DNA from: Vicinamibacterales bacterium
GTDB lineage: Bacteria; Acidobacteriota; Vicinamibacteria; Vicinamibacterales; 2-12-FULL-66-21
Assembly: GCA_035637115.1 (NCBI GenBank)
Contig: DASPXV010000108.1
Coordinates: forward strand, 6,386-70,385
Direction: 5' to 3'
Length of the DNA stretch: 64,000 bases
The notes beneath the pieces are model-generated. The model had not been told where the DNA came from. It did not search any database and saw only the letters and a program-made list of their open reading frames with translations. This document shows, piece after piece, positions 10,706 through 20,644 of the stretch (positions are counted from its first letter, which is position 1; each line of letters begins with the position of its first letter). The position numbers and the translations under genes were made by a program.

Positions 10706-13700
10706 TTGGTTTAAAGACGCGATCATCTACGAGGCGCATGTCCGCGCCTTTTTCGACAGCAATAACGACGGGATCGGTGATTTCCCGGGGCTCACGAGCA
10801 AGCTGGATTACCTGCAGGCGCTCGGCATCAACGCGCTGTGGCTGCTGCCCTTCTATCCCTCGCCGCTGCGCGACGACGGGTACGACATCGCGGACTATGA
10901 GGGCGTCCATCCCAGCTACGGCACGATTCAGGACTTCGAGCGCTTCATGGACGAAGCGCACAGGCGCGGGATCCGCGTCATCACCGAGCTCGTTATCAAT
11001 CACACGTCCGATCAGCATCCGTGGTTCCAGGCCGCGCGACGTGCTCCCGCGGGATCGCCCGAACGCGAGTTCTACGTCTGGAGCGAGACGAAGCAGAAGT
11101 ACCAGGGCGTCCGCATCATCTTCACCGACAGCGAGACGTCGAACTGGTCGTGGGACGACGCGGCTGGGGCGTACTACTGGCATCGCTTCTTCCATCACCA
11201 GCCGGATCTGAACTTCGACAATCCGAACGTGCTCGACGCGGTTCTCAAGACGATGAACGTCTGGGTCGATCGCGGCGTCGACGGGCTGCGGCTCGACGCG
11301 GTGCCGTACCTGATCGAACGCGAAGGGACGATCTGCGAGAACCTCGAAGAAACGCACGCGATCCTCAGGAAGATCCGCCGCGCGATGGACGAGCGCTACA
11401 ACGACCGGATGCTGATCGCGGAAGCGAACCAGTGGCCGGCGGACGTGCGGCCGTACTTCGGCGACGGCGACGAATGCCACATGGCATTCCACTTTCCGCT
11501 CATGCCTCGCATCTTCATGGCGCTGCGCCAGGAAGACCGCCACCCGATTACCGAGATCCTGCGGCAGACGCCGGAGATCCCCGAGAACTCCCAGTGGGGA
11601 CTCTTCCTGCGGAATCACGACGAGCTGACGCTCGAAATGGTGACGGACGAAGAGCGCGACTACATGTACCAGGCGTACGCAGCCGATCCGCGGATGCGCA
11701 TCAACGTCGGCATCCGGCGGCGGCTCGCGCCGCTCGTCGAAAACAGCCGCAGGCAAATCGAACTGCTGCACTCGCTGCTGTTCTCGTTTCCGGGGACGCC
11801 CGTCATCTATTACGGCGACGAGATCGGCATGGGGGACAACATCTATCTCGGCGACCGCAACGGTGTTCGCACGCCGATGCAATGGACCAGCGATCGCAAC
11901 GCCGGCTTCTCGCGCACCGATCCGGCGCAGCTCTACGCGCCGCCGATCATGGACCCCGTCTATGGCTACCAGGCGATCAACGTCGAGGCGCAGGAACGTT
12001 CCCCGTTCTCGCTCCTGAACTGGATGAAGCGGTTGATCGCGCTGCGCAAGCAGTTGAAGGTGTTCGGCCGCGGTACGCTCGAATTTGTCCCGAGCGCCAA
12101 TCGCAAGATCCTGACGTACGTGCGCGCCTTCGAAGGAGAAACTGTGCTGTGTGTGGCGAATCTCTCACGCACGGTGCAGCCGGTGGAACTGGATCTGTCG
12201 AGATTCAAAGGCATGACGCCGGTCGAAATGCTCGGCCTGACGGAGTTTCCGCGCATCGGCGAGGTGCCGTATTTCCTCACTCTCCCCGGTTACAACTTCT
12301 ACTGGTTCCGCCTGCAGGCGCAGCCGTCGTCGATTACCGGGCAACGCCTGTCCGACGCGGGGACGTCCTCCGACGACATCAGGGCGTCGCTGCCGGCGTT
12401 CTTCATGGGCGTCGCATGGGACACGCTGCTGGACGGCAACGTCCGGACGCTGATCGAGCGCGAGTCGCTCGTGCCATTCCTCCAGCGGCAGCGATGGTTC
12501 GGCGGCAAGGCTCGGCCGATCCGCGCGGCGCATTTCCTCGACTGGGGTCCCGTCCGCCGCGGTTCCGATCCACTGTTCGCAACGATCGTCGAAGTGGATT
12601 ACCAGGACGGCGGCCGCGAGCGCTATTTCCTTCCGCTCGGCGCGGCCAAGGGCGCCCATGTCGATGCGACGATGGCGTCCGCGCCGCAGCTCGCCCTCGC
12701 ACGGCTGACGGGCGCAAGAAAAGGCGTGGTGATCGATGCGACGGTGGACGAGCGATACGGCGCTGCGCTGCTCGAATCGTTCGACAAGCTTGAATCGATT
12801 CCGCTGAAACGCGGCGTGCTGCGCCCGCGCCGTACGGATCCGTACGAACAACTGCGTGGAGATGGACCTCTCGCCATGCGCCGGATCGGCGCCGAGCAGA
12901 GCAACTCGTCTCTCGCGTTCGGCGACCGGCTGATCGTCAAGCTGTTCAGGCGCATTGAAGACGGACCAAACCCGGACGTCGAGATCGGCGAGCACCTGAC
13001 GGCGCACACGGCGTTCAGGCGCTCGCCACAGGTGGCGGCGTGGCTCGAGTACGAAAGCCCGGGGGCCATCGCACACATCGCCGTCGCACAGCAGTTCGTC
13101 GCGAGCCAGGCGGACGGATGGCAGCACGCGCTCGGCGAGCTCGATCGCTTCTACGAAGAAGTGGAGCTGAGGCCGGAGCCGGGAATCGACCTGCTCGGCC
13201 CGGAGCCGCTGCTGGATCTCGCGGCCATGCTGACGCCGCAAGCGATCCGCGAGGTGTCGGGCGCCTATATCGACAGCGCGCAGATGCTCGGCCGCCGCAC
13301 TGCGGAACTGCACATCGCGCTGGCAAGCGACACGCGGACCCAGGCGTTCGCACCGGAACCGTTTGCGCGCGACGACTACGCGCGCCTGCTGGCGGATGCG
13401 ATCGGCCAGGCGCGGCGAGCGTCAGAGTTGCTCGGCGGCCGCGCGGCGACGCTGCCGCAGGACGTTGCGTCCAGCTCGCGAAGCGCGGTCGAACAAGCGG
13501 AGCAGGCACTTCACGCGCGGCACATGGCTCACACCGCGAAGCCGTTCGACGTGACGACGTCGCGCACGCGCGTGCATGGCGACTATCACCTCGGGCAGGT
13601 GCTGTGGTCGGAGGGGGACTTCTACATCCTGGATTTTGAGGGGGAACCCTCGCGTCCGCTCGCCGCGCGCCGTGTCAAGGATTTGCCGCTCAAGGATATT

Positions 13701-14015
13701 GCCGGGATGTTGCGGTCGTTCAGTTACGCGGCGTACGCGGCGCTGTTCGTCCGCGCCGCGGGACGAGAGCCGGATTTCGAGCGTCTCGATTCGTGGGCGC
13801 AGGTCTGGGCGCGATGGGCAGGGGCGGCGTTCCTGAAGGGATACCTCGCAGCCGCCGGCGACGCGCCGTTGCTGCCCGCCGATCGCGTTCAGCGTGGAAC
13901 GCTGCTCGATCTCTATTTAATCGACAAGGCGCTGTACGAGCTGAACTACGAGTTGAACAACCGGCCGGACTGGGTCCGGATTCCGCTGCGCGGCCTCGCG
14001 GATCTTCTTTCATGA
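10698..14015 (+). CDS. treS: trehalose synthase / maltokinase fusion (TreS-Pep2)
   Basis: N-terminal half: MSDWFKDAIIYEAHVRAFFDSNNDGIGDF, LDAVPYL, EANQWP, FLRNHDELTLEMV (TreS). C-terminal about 450 aa: RVHGDYHLGQVLWSEGDFYILDFEGEP (maltokinase/aminoglycoside-kinase-like). ATG at 10698 overlaps the glgE stop (ATGAGTGA). Confidence 0.9.
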   Translation: MSDWFKDAIIYEAHVRAFFDSNNDGIGDFPGLTSKLDYLQALGINALWLLPFYPSPLRDDGYDIADYEGVHPSYGTIQDFERFMDEAHRRGIRVITELVINHTSDQHPWFQAARRAPAGSPEREFYVWSETKQKYQGVRIIFTDSETSNWSWDDAAGAYYWHRFFHHQPDLNFDNPNVLDAVLKTMNVWVDRGVDGLRLDAVPYLIEREGTICENLEETHAILRKIRRAMDERYNDRMLIAEANQWPADVRPYFGDGDECHMAFHFPLMPRIFMALRQEDRHPITEILRQTPEIPENSQWGLFLRNHDELTLEMVTDEERDYMYQAYAADPRMRINVGIRRRLAPLVENSRRQIELLHSLLFSFPGTPVIYYGDEIGMGDNIYLGDRNGVRTPMQWTSDRNAGFSRTDPAQLYAPPIMDPVYGYQAINVEAQERSPFSLLNWMKRLIALRKQLKVFGRGTLEFVPSANRKILTYVRAFEGETVLCVANLSRTVQPVELDLSRFKGMTPVEMLGLTEFPRIGEVPYFLTLPGYNFYWFRLQAQPSSITGQRLSDAGTSSDDIRASLPAFFMGVAWDTLLDGNVRTLIERESLVPFLQRQRWFGGKARPIRAAHFLDWGPVRRGSDPLFATIVEVDYQDGGRERYFLPLGAAKGAHVDATMASAPQLALARLTGARKGVVIDATVDERYGAALLESFDKLESIPLKRGVLRPRRTDPYEQLRGDGPLAMRRIGAEQSNSSLAFGDRLIVKLFRRIEDGPNPDVEIGEHLTAHTAFRRSPQVAAWLEYESPGAIAHIAVAQQFVASQADGWQHALGELDRFYEEVELRPEPGIDLLGPEPLLDLAAMLTPQAIREVSGAYIDSAQMLGRRTAELHIALASDTRTQAFAPEPFARDDYARLLADAIGQARRASELLGGRAATLPQDVASSSRSAVEQAEQALHARHMAHTAKPFDVTTSRTRVHGDYHLGQVLWSEGDFYILDFEGEPSRPLAARRVKDLPLKDIAGMLRSFSYAAYAALFVRAAGREPDFERLDSWAQVWARWAGAAFLKGYLAAAGDAPLLPADRVQRGTLLDLYLIDKALYELNYELNNRPDWVRIPLRGLADLLS

Positions 14016-15931
14016 CCCGCACGCCTCGTGAGCCGGTGTTCGGCGCCGTCCCGCTCGCCAATGGGGGCGTCCGGTTTCGCGTGTGGGCCCCCACCGCATC
14101 GGGGGTGGATCTGCATCTGCGGCGTCCCGGGGGTCAGGTCTGCGTTTCGCCCCTGCGGGGTGCCAGGTCTGCGGGCATCGATGACCCGCAGACCGGGCAC
14201 CCGGAAGGGGCGAAACGCAGACCTGACCCCGGGATCTGGGAGCTCCTCGTCCCCGACACGAGGACGGGCGACCACTACGCGTTCGCGGTCGATGGCGGGC
14301 CGCCGCGCCCCGATCCCGCCGGACGCTTCCTGCCCGACGGCGTGCACGGCTGGTCCGAGGTGATCGACCCGCGCGCGTTCGCGTGGACGGATGCCGCGTG
14401 GAACGGCCTCGATCCGCGGCGCGCGGTCATCTACGAGCTGCACGTCGGGACGTTCTCCCCGGAAGGCACCTTTCGTGGCGCTGCAGCCAGACTTCCCCAT
14501 CTTCGCAACCTCGGGATAACCGCGATCGAACTGATGCCCGTCGCGGACTTCGCCGGGCGCCGCAACTGGGGCTACGACGGCGTCGCGATGTTCGCGCCCG
14601 CGCATGGGTACGGAAGTCCCGACGACCTCCGCGCGCTCGTCGACACCGCGCACGCTCATGGCATCGGCGTGATCCTCGACGTGGTCTACAACCATCTCGG
14701 ACCGGAAGGCGCGTACCTCCCCGAGCTGAGCCCCTTGTTTCTGACCGACAAGCACTCCACGCCATGGGGGGACGCCGTCAACCTCGACGACGAGGGAAGC
14801 AGCGGCGTGCGCGCGTTCCTCACGGACAACGCGCTGCACTGGGTCGACGAGTACCACATGGACGGACTGCGGCTCGACGCGACGCATTCGCTCCACGACT
14901 CGCGCGACCGCCACTTTGTCGCAGAGCTTGCGGAAGCCGTCCACGCCAGCACGGATCCGCCGCCGGTCGTGTATGCGGAGGATCATCGCAACCTGTCGAC
15001 GATGCTGAATGCGCCGGACCACGGCGGCTGGAATCTCGATGGCGTGTGGGCGGACGATTTTCATCACGTCGTGCGCCGGATGGTCGGCGGTGACAGCCAC
15101 GGCTACTACGTCGATTACGAGGGTACCGCGGCGGAACTGGCCGCGACGCTGCGCCAGGGCTGGCTCTTCGTCGGCCAACATTCCGTGCACCAGCGCGGCG
15201 CCCGCGGGACGGATCCCTCCAGCGTCCCGCTGCGCAAGGCGATCGTCTGCGTCCAGAACCACGATCAGGTCGGCAACCGCGCGCTCGGCGATCGACTGCA
15301 CCACACGATCGATGCCGCATCGTGGCGTGCCGCCGTGACGGTGCTGCTCACCGCGCCCATGACCCCTCTGCTCTTCATGGGTCAGGAATGGGCGACGTCG
15401 GCGCCATTTCAGTTCTTCACCGACTTCGAAACTTCTCTCGGGGATCTCGTCTTCCACGGTCGACGGCAGGAGTTCAAGGCATTTCCGCAGTTCGCGACCG
15501 CAGAAGGCGCGCGGCGTGTTCCCAATCCACAAGCGGAGAGCACATTCGAGGCAAGCCGCCTGCGCTGGGACGAGCTCGATCGTCCGGATCACGCGCGCGT
15601 GCTCGCGCTTCATCGCGCGTTGCTGCGGCTCCGCCGGGAGTACGCGTTCATGCGCGCGAGCGATGCGTGCGATGCCGACGCGCAATCAATAGGCGGCGAC
15701 ACGGTCGTCTTCCGCCGCGGCAGCGAAGATGCCGGTTCTGCGCTCGTCGTCGTCAGACTTCGCGGATGCGGGTTGGTGAACGTGCCCGCCATGGCGAACG
15801 CGCAGGCCACGTTGCTCGACACTGAAGACGCGGCGTTTGCGGGCGATCCGCGCCCCGCCCGCATCCATCCGGCTGATGGCGCGATCGAATTCGCGCGTCC
15901 CGGCGCGCTCGTCGTCGCGGAGCGCACGTAG
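14012..15931 (+). CDS. treZ: malto-oligosyltrehalose trehalohydrolase TreZ
   Basis: VRFRVWAP start of the E-set domain; [45 protein letters not shown] motifs. ATG 14012 overlaps the treS stop (ATGA). Carries an extra 36-codon palindromic segment (next feature). Confidence 0.88.
   Translation: MTRTPREPVFGAVPLANGGVRFRVWAPTASGVDLHLRRPGGQVCVSPLRGARSAGIDDPQTGHPEGAKRRPDPGIWELLVPDTRTGDHYAFAVDGGPPRPDPAGRFLPDGVHGWSEVIDPRAFAWTDAAWNGLDPRRAVIYELHVGTFSPEGTFRGAAARLPHLRNLGITAIELMPVADFAGRRNWGYDGVAMFAPAHGYGSPDDLRALVDTAHAHGIGVILDVVYNHLGPEGAYLPELSPLFLTDKHSTPWGDAVNLDDEGSSGVRAFLTDNALHWVDEYHMDGLRLDATHSLHDSRDRHFVAELAEAVHASTDPPPVVYAEDHRNLSTMLNAPDHGGWNLDGVWADDFHHVVRRMVGGDSHGYYVDYEGTAAELAATLRQGWLFVGQHSVHQRGARGTDPSSVPLRKAIVCVQNHDQVGNRALGDRLHHTIDAASWRAAVTVLLTAPMTPLLFMGQEWATSAPFQFFTDFETSLGDLVFHGRRQEFKAFPQFATAEGARRVPNPQAESTFEASRLRWDELDRPDHARVLALHRALLRLRREYAFMRASDACDADAQSIGGDTVVFRRGSEDAGSALVVVRLRGCGLVNVPAMANAQATLLDTEDAAFAGDPRPARIHPADGAIEFARPGALVVAERT
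14126..14233. repeat. 108-bp imperfect palindrome (nested hairpin) lying in-frame inside treZ
   Basis: Arms CCCGGGGGTCAGGTCTGCGTTTCGCCCCT...AGGGGCGAAACGCAGACCTGACCCCGGG, with an inner pair GGTGCCAGGTCTGCGGG/CCCGCAGACCGGGCACC. Symmetric about CATCGATG (centre 14179/14180). By hand alignment roughly nine in ten positions pair. Confidence 0.85.
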
Positions 15932-18697
15932 ATGAAGCGGCCCCGCTTCGTTCCTGCAAGCACCTATCGATTGCAGGTGCATGCGCGGTTCACTCTCGTC
16001 TCGGCGCGGGAGATCGTTCCCTACCTTCAGCGGCTCGGGATCGACGCGGTGTATACGTCGCCGTATTTCGCCGCCGAGCCCGGGAGCACGCACGGATACG
16101 ACGTCACGAATCACAACGTGATTAACCCGGAAGTGGGCGGCGCCGAAGCCCACACGGCCTTCACGGATTCGGTGCGTGCAGCAGGCATGCAGCACATCGT
16201 CGACTTCGTGCCGAACCACATGGGGATCAGTACGGCGACCAATCCGTGGTGGCGCGAGGTGCTGGCGAATGGTCCCGAGGCTCCGTCGGCGCGTTTCTTC
16301 GACATCGACTGGAACCCGTTCAAGACGGAACTGCGCCGCAAGCTCCTGCTGCCGATCCTGGGGGATCAGTACGGCAACGTGCTCGATCGCGGCGAGCTGC
16401 AGCTGAATCTGATCGACGGCCAGCTCGTACTGAAGTACTTCGATCACCGCCTCCCCATCAACCCGCGGGATATTCCGGAGCTGCAGGGGCTCGCCGAGAT
16501 GGCCCCCGATGCCGCGGCGAGGGTGATCGCGGAATTCAACGGCACGCCTGGAGACCCGCGGTCGTTCGATCGCCTGCACGAACTGCTGGAAGCGCAGGCG
16601 TTCAGGCTTTCGTACTGGCGGACGGCGGCGCACGAGATCAACTACCGGCGCTTCTTCGATGTGAACTCTCTCGCCGGTCTGCGGGTCGAAGACGAGCATG
16701 TATTCGCGGCAATTCACAGGCTCCTCGCGACGCTGCTGCAAGAGGAGCGCGTGACTGGCGTGCGCATCGATCACCCCGACGGCCTCTTCGATCCTGCAAA
16801 GTACTTCGAAATGCTGCAATCGCTGGCGGTCCAGGCGTGGAGCAGGGAGCGCCGTCCCGGTTCGCGCACGCTCTACGTCGTCTGCGAGAAGATCCTGTCC
16901 GGACGGGAGCGGTTGCCGTCCGGGTGGTGCGTCCATGGCACGACCGGCTACAACTTCCTCAACCAGGTGAACGGTCTGTTCGTGCAGCCGGGCCACGCGC
17001 GGCGCATGCGGCGCACTTACGCGAAGCTCACCGGCCGGACGCAGAGTTTCGACGACCTGCTGTACGAAACCAAACGGCTGATCATGGACACGTCGATGGC
17101 GAGCGAGCTCACGGTGCTCGCGCACATGCTGGATCGGATCGGCGAGACCAACCGCAAGTCTCGCGACTTCACGCTGAACAGCGTCCGCGACATGCTCGTC
17201 GAAGTGGTCGCGTGCTTTCCTGTGTATCGCACTTACGTGAACGAGCAGGGATGGGCGCCAGACGACCGGGCGGCGCTGGAGCGCGCCATCGTTCGCGCGC
17301 GGCGGCGCAACCCCGCAATGGACCCGACGATCTTCGATTTCTTCCGCGAGGTGATGTTTCCCCGCGATCCTTCCGACGTGCCGGTTTCGGGACAGGAACG
17401 GCGTGAAGGCTATCCGCCTGTCGACGCAGAGGAAGCGGCCGCGCGGCTCCGGTTCGCGATGAAATTCCAGCAGTACACGGGGCCGCTGCAGGCGAAAGGA
17501 CTCGAGGACACGGGGTTCTATCGCAACAACGTGCTCATCTCGCTCAATGAAGTCGGCGGCGATCCTTCCCGGTTCGGGTTGCCGGCATCCGACTTCCATG
17601 CGTTGAACCTGCTTCGCCGCCAGGAGTGGCCCTACGAGATGATCGCCACGTCAACGCACGACACGAAGCTTGGCGAGGACGTGCGCGCACGAATTAACGT
17701 CCTGTCTGAAATACCCGGCGAGTGGGAGCGCGAGGCGGCGAAGTGGATGCGAACCAACAAGAATCTCCGCACACTCGTCGACGGCGAGCCGGCACCCGAC
17801 AGGAACGATGAGTATCGCTTTTATCAGGCGCTGCTCGGCATCTGGCCCGACGCGGACCGCCCGGTGGACGATCTCGTTGAGCGCCTGCAGCAGTACATGA
17901 TCAAGGCGGTCAAGGAAGCGAAGCTCCATTCGAGCTGGATCAATCCGAACGATGGCTACGAGCGCGCCGTCTCGACATTCGTCGAGCGCGCGTTATCAGG
18001 CCCCGGCGCCGACAGATTCCTCCCCGCCTTCATCCCGTTCCAGCAACGCATAGCGCGTGGCGGTCTCGTCAACTCGTTGGCGCAGACGCTGCTGAAAATT
18101 GCGTCTCCCGGAGTTCCGGACTTCTACCAGGGCTCGGAGCTCTGGGATTTCAACCTGGTGGATCCCGACAACCGGCGACCGGTGGATTTCGATGTCCGGC
18201 GAGCGTTGCTCGAAGAAGTCGAGGCGGTGCTCGGCCTGCCGGTGGACGAGCGCGCCGCGCGAATCAAGGCGTTCACGCAGAACTGGAGTAACGGCGTGGT
18301 CAAGCTCCTGGTCACGACCGCGGGCCTGCGCCTTCGCGCGCAGATGACGGACGTCTTCCTCGAAGGGGATTACCTTCCGCTCGATGTGGAACCGACTGTT
18401 GAAGGGCGCGCGATTGCGTTCGCGCGATTCTCGCCTGGCGGCCGCGCGGTCATTGCCGTCGCGCCACACCTGGCTTTTGCACTCCTATCAGCAGAACGGC
18501 CCCTGCCTCTGGGCGACATGTGGCGCACGTCGCGCATCATGCTCCCGCCGGGCCTCGCGGCGCTGACCTTCACCGACGCGATCACCGGCGCCGCCGTCAA
18601 ACCCGTGACGGCGGCGTCGGGATCCTGGCTGTTCGTGGGCCAGACGTTCGACTTGTTGCCGGTCGCTCTCTTGGTTGCAGTAGAGCGTAAACAGTAG
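15932..18697 (+). CDS. treY: malto-oligosyltrehalose synthase TreY
   Basis: 921 aa. STYRLQVHARFTLVSAREIVPYLQRLGIDAVYTSPYF, DFVPNHMG, GVRIDHPDGL, TSTHDTKLGEDVRARI motifs. ATG immediately follows the treZ stop. Confidence 0.9.
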   Translation: MKRPRFVPASTYRLQVHARFTLVSAREIVPYLQRLGIDAVYTSPYFAAEPGSTHGYDVTNHNVINPEVGGAEAHTAFTDSVRAAGMQHIVDFVPNHMGISTATNPWWREVLANGPEAPSARFFDIDWNPFKTELRRKLLLPILGDQYGNVLDRGELQLNLIDGQLVLKYFDHRLPINPRDIPELQGLAEMAPDAAARVIAEFNGTPGDPRSFDRLHELLEAQAFRLSYWRTAAHEINYRRFFDVNSLAGLRVEDEHVFAAIHRLLATLLQEERVTGVRIDHPDGLFDPAKYFEMLQSLAVQAWSRERRPGSRTLYVVCEKILSGRERLPSGWCVHGTTGYNFLNQVNGLFVQPGHARRMRRTYAKLTGRTQSFDDLLYETKRLIMDTSMASELTVLAHMLDRIGETNRKSRDFTLNSVRDMLVEVVACFPVYRTYVNEQGWAPDDRAALERAIVRARRRNPAMDPTIFDFFREVMFPRDPSDVPVSGQERREGYPPVDAEEAAARLRFAMKFQQYTGPLQAKGLEDTGFYRNNVLISLNEVGGDPSRFGLPASDFHALNLLRRQEWPYEMIATSTHDTKLGEDVRARINVLSEIPGEWEREAAKWMRTNKNLRTLVDGEPAPDRNDEYRFYQALLGIWPDADRPVDDLVERLQQYMIKAVKEAKLHSSWINPNDGYERAVSTFVERALSGPGADRFLPAFIPFQQRIARGGLVNSLAQTLLKIASPGVPDFYQGSELWDFNLVDPDNRRPVDFDVRRALLEEVEAVLGLPVDERAARIKAFTQNWSNGVVKLLVTTAGLRLRAQMTDVFLEGDYLPLDVEPTVEGRAIAFARFSPGGRAVIAVAPHLAFALLSAERPLPLGDMWRTSRIMLPPGLAALTFTDAITGAAVKPVTAASGSWLFVGQTFDLLPVALLVAVERKQ

Positions 18698-18699
18698 AC

Positions 18700-19006
18700 C
18701 ACAGTGGCGCGCTGGCTTTCTTGAGCGGATCCACGAGGTAGAACCGGCGGCCGTCGCGAGCCTGGTAGGTGTACCAGAACCGATCGCTCGACTGCAGCCA
18801 GCGCGGCGCCACGCTCGTGTCGAAACACCAGCTTGCCGACCTTCGACGACGTCCAGCGCGAAGCGAGCTCGAAATTCGGCGCGACGGGGCCCGGTGTGGC
18901 CGCGGGCGCGCTTTGCGCCGTGGGACCGAGGCGGGCGACACGAACATCACGGCGGCGCACAAGGCGAGGACGACCCTCGCCAGCCGCGGGCGGCAAGCGC
19001 AAACAT
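18700..19006 (-). pseudogene. frameshifted, 3'-truncated remnant of an S9 (DPP-IV-like) peptidase gene, N-terminal about 100 codons only
   Basis: AAGGAG-N7-ATG at 19006. A signal-peptide-like and conserved N-terminal sequence is spread over three frames: MFALAARGWRG / VVLALCAAVMFVSPASVP / TAQSAPAATPGPVAPNFELASRWTSSKVGKLVF / DTSVAPRWLQSSDRFWYTYQARDGRRFYLVDPLKKASAPLW. Similarity stops at the treY stop codon. Confidence 0.5.
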
Positions 19007-19068
19007 ACGAAAACTCCTTGAACTGCGGGAAACGTGGCGGGAATTGTTGGCCGGGTCGCGAGGCGCGG

Positions 19069-19980
19069 CTACAAGTATTTGCGAAGGTCGGTCCGGCCGG
19101 TTTTCTGCAGCAGCGGCTTGAACAGGTCCCCCGTTTTCTTGAACCGGGTGCGGACGTTATCGAGACGAAAATCCTCGATGCGGACGCCTTTGTCCACCTC
19201 TTTCCAGGTGATCGGCGTCGAGACGCACGCGCGCGGATGCGGGCGCACCGAGTACACCGACGCGAGCGTCCGCCCCCACGCGTTCTGGTTGTAATCCACC
19301 AGCACGCGTCCCTTCGGCCGCTTCGCGACGAGATACTCGGATGTCATCAAACGCGGATGGCGTCCGGCGAGCTCCTGCGCGAGCGCCTTGGCGAACGTCC
19401 AGACCTGTTTCTGAATCGGTCCCCGCACGATCGGCACGTAGACGTGGATGCCCTTCGATCCCGTCGTCTTCGCATATGCCCGCATCTTCAGCGTCGTGAG
19501 GGCTTCGTGCACGATGAGCGATGTTTCGAGCACTTGCTCCCAGGTCGCGCTGCACGGATCGAGATCGAAGTGCAGGTAGTCCGGACGATCGACGTCGTCA
19601 CACGTGGCGTACCACTGGTTCAGGTCAATGCATCCGAGATTGATCACCCAGAGGAGAGAGGGCAGGTCGCCAACGATCGGAAAATCGATGACATTGCCGG
19701 AGTCGTGCGGGATGCGGCAGGTCTTGATCCAGTCGGGCCGCGGCGAAGGCGCGCGCTTCATGAAGAAGAACTCACCGGCGGCGCCGTGCGGGTAGCGCTT
19801 CATCACCATCGCGCGATCGCGGATGTGCGGCAGTAGCAGCGGCGCCACGTCCGCGTAGTACTGGATCAAGTCCCCCTTGGTGATCCCGAGTTCCGGCCAG
19901 AAGGGCTTCTCGAGGTTCGTGAGCTGCACGTCCTTGCTGTCGGCGCGCACCTTTTCCGAACCAGCCGTGGGGATTTTCAC
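19069..19980 (-). CDS. stand-alone LigD-type primase-polymerase (NHEJ polymerase domain)
   Basis: LTNLEKPFWPELGITKGDLIQYYADVAPLLLPHIRDRAMVMKRYPHG...DYLHFDLDP...TTGSKGIHVYVPI...VLVDYNQN are LigD Pol-domain motifs. A GTG start at 19980 overlaps the upstream stop (GTGA). The track's 383-aa version has a non-homologous Arg-rich extension. Confidence 0.85.
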   Translation of the reverse strand: MKIPTAGSEKVRADSKDVQLTNLEKPFWPELGITKGDLIQYYADVAPLLLPHIRDRAMVMKRYPHGAAGEFFFMKRAPSPRPDWIKTCRIPHDSGNVIDFPIVGDLPSLLWVINLGCIDLNQWYATCDDVDRPDYLHFDLDPCSATWEQVLETSLIVHEALTTLKMRAYAKTTGSKGIHVYVPIVRGPIQKQVWTFAKALAQELAGRHPRLMTSEYLVAKRPKGRVLVDYNQNAWGRTLASVYSVRPHPRACVSTPITWKEVDKGVRIEDFRLDNVRTRFKKTGDLFKPLLQKTGRTDLRKYL

Positions 19981-20642
19981 TTCAGGATCCCCTTGATCGG
20001 GGTCAGCTTCGGCGGCCGCGGCCCGTGTCGCACCGCGCCTTTCACCGGAACATAAGGAAGTTCCTCGCCGGATCGCGCGCACCGCAGCAGCAGACCGCCG
20101 CGGCTCATGTCCCCGCGGCCGACGAAGTCGATCGGAAACTTCAACCGTTCCGCGAAGACCTCGGTCAGCACGTCGACGTATTTCGCGGAGGCAATGCTGC
20201 CCAGCAGCACGACTTCGCAATCCTCGCCGATCTCTTCTGCGAGCGCCTTCGCACTGGCGAGCAGCGGACGCCGGTAGCGCGGATCGTTGGCGGCAATGTC
20301 GACCCCCGCGAATGCCTTCAACGCGTCAGCGGTGATGGCGGTCTCGACCGGACGCAGGCCTGCGGTCGGCGTGATGACCAGCGCACCACTGCCGGCGAGC
20401 TCCGCGCCAGGTTCAGGGGGTCTTGCAAATGCGAGCGCGTAGGCGAGCTTGCCTTTGAAATACAGGCCGCTGACAAAGGCGAACGCCTCGCCGATCGCAA
20501 CTCCGCGGCTGCTTCGCAGCCGTACGGCAAGATCGAATTGCGCGCGGTCGGACAGAATGATCTTCGCGCGCGGGCCTGAGCAGTTCGCCGGCGAGAGGAG
20601 GAAGATGCGTCCCGTTTCCTTCCGAGCCCGCCGTCGACCCAT
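19977..20642 (-). CDS. conserved hypothetical protein (221 aa), translationally coupled to the LigD polymerase gene
   Basis: Clean ORF 2 nt after the fabH stop. No TM segments. Notable segment: VVLLGSIASAKYVDVLTEVFAERLKFPIDFVGRGDMSRGGLLLR. Family not recognised. Confidence 0.6.
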   Translation of the reverse strand: MGRRRARKETGRIFLLSPANCSGPRAKIILSDRAQFDLAVRLRSSRGVAIGEAFAFVSGLYFKGKLAYALAFARPPEPGAELAGSGALVITPTAGLRPVETAITADALKAFAGVDIAANDPRYRRPLLASAKALAEEIGEDCEVVLLGSIASAKYVDVLTEVFAERLKFPIDFVGRGDMSRGGLLLRCARSGEELPYVPVKGAVRHGPRPPKLTPIKGILK

Positions 20643-20644
20643 GG

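Noticed and set aside
10539-14011. N-terminal extensions of treS (10539-10697) and treZ (13793-14011) suggested by the longest ORFs.
   Set aside because: Both extensions overlap the preceding gene in another frame and are non-homologous. Conserved family N-termini begin at the ATGs that overlap the upstream stop codons.
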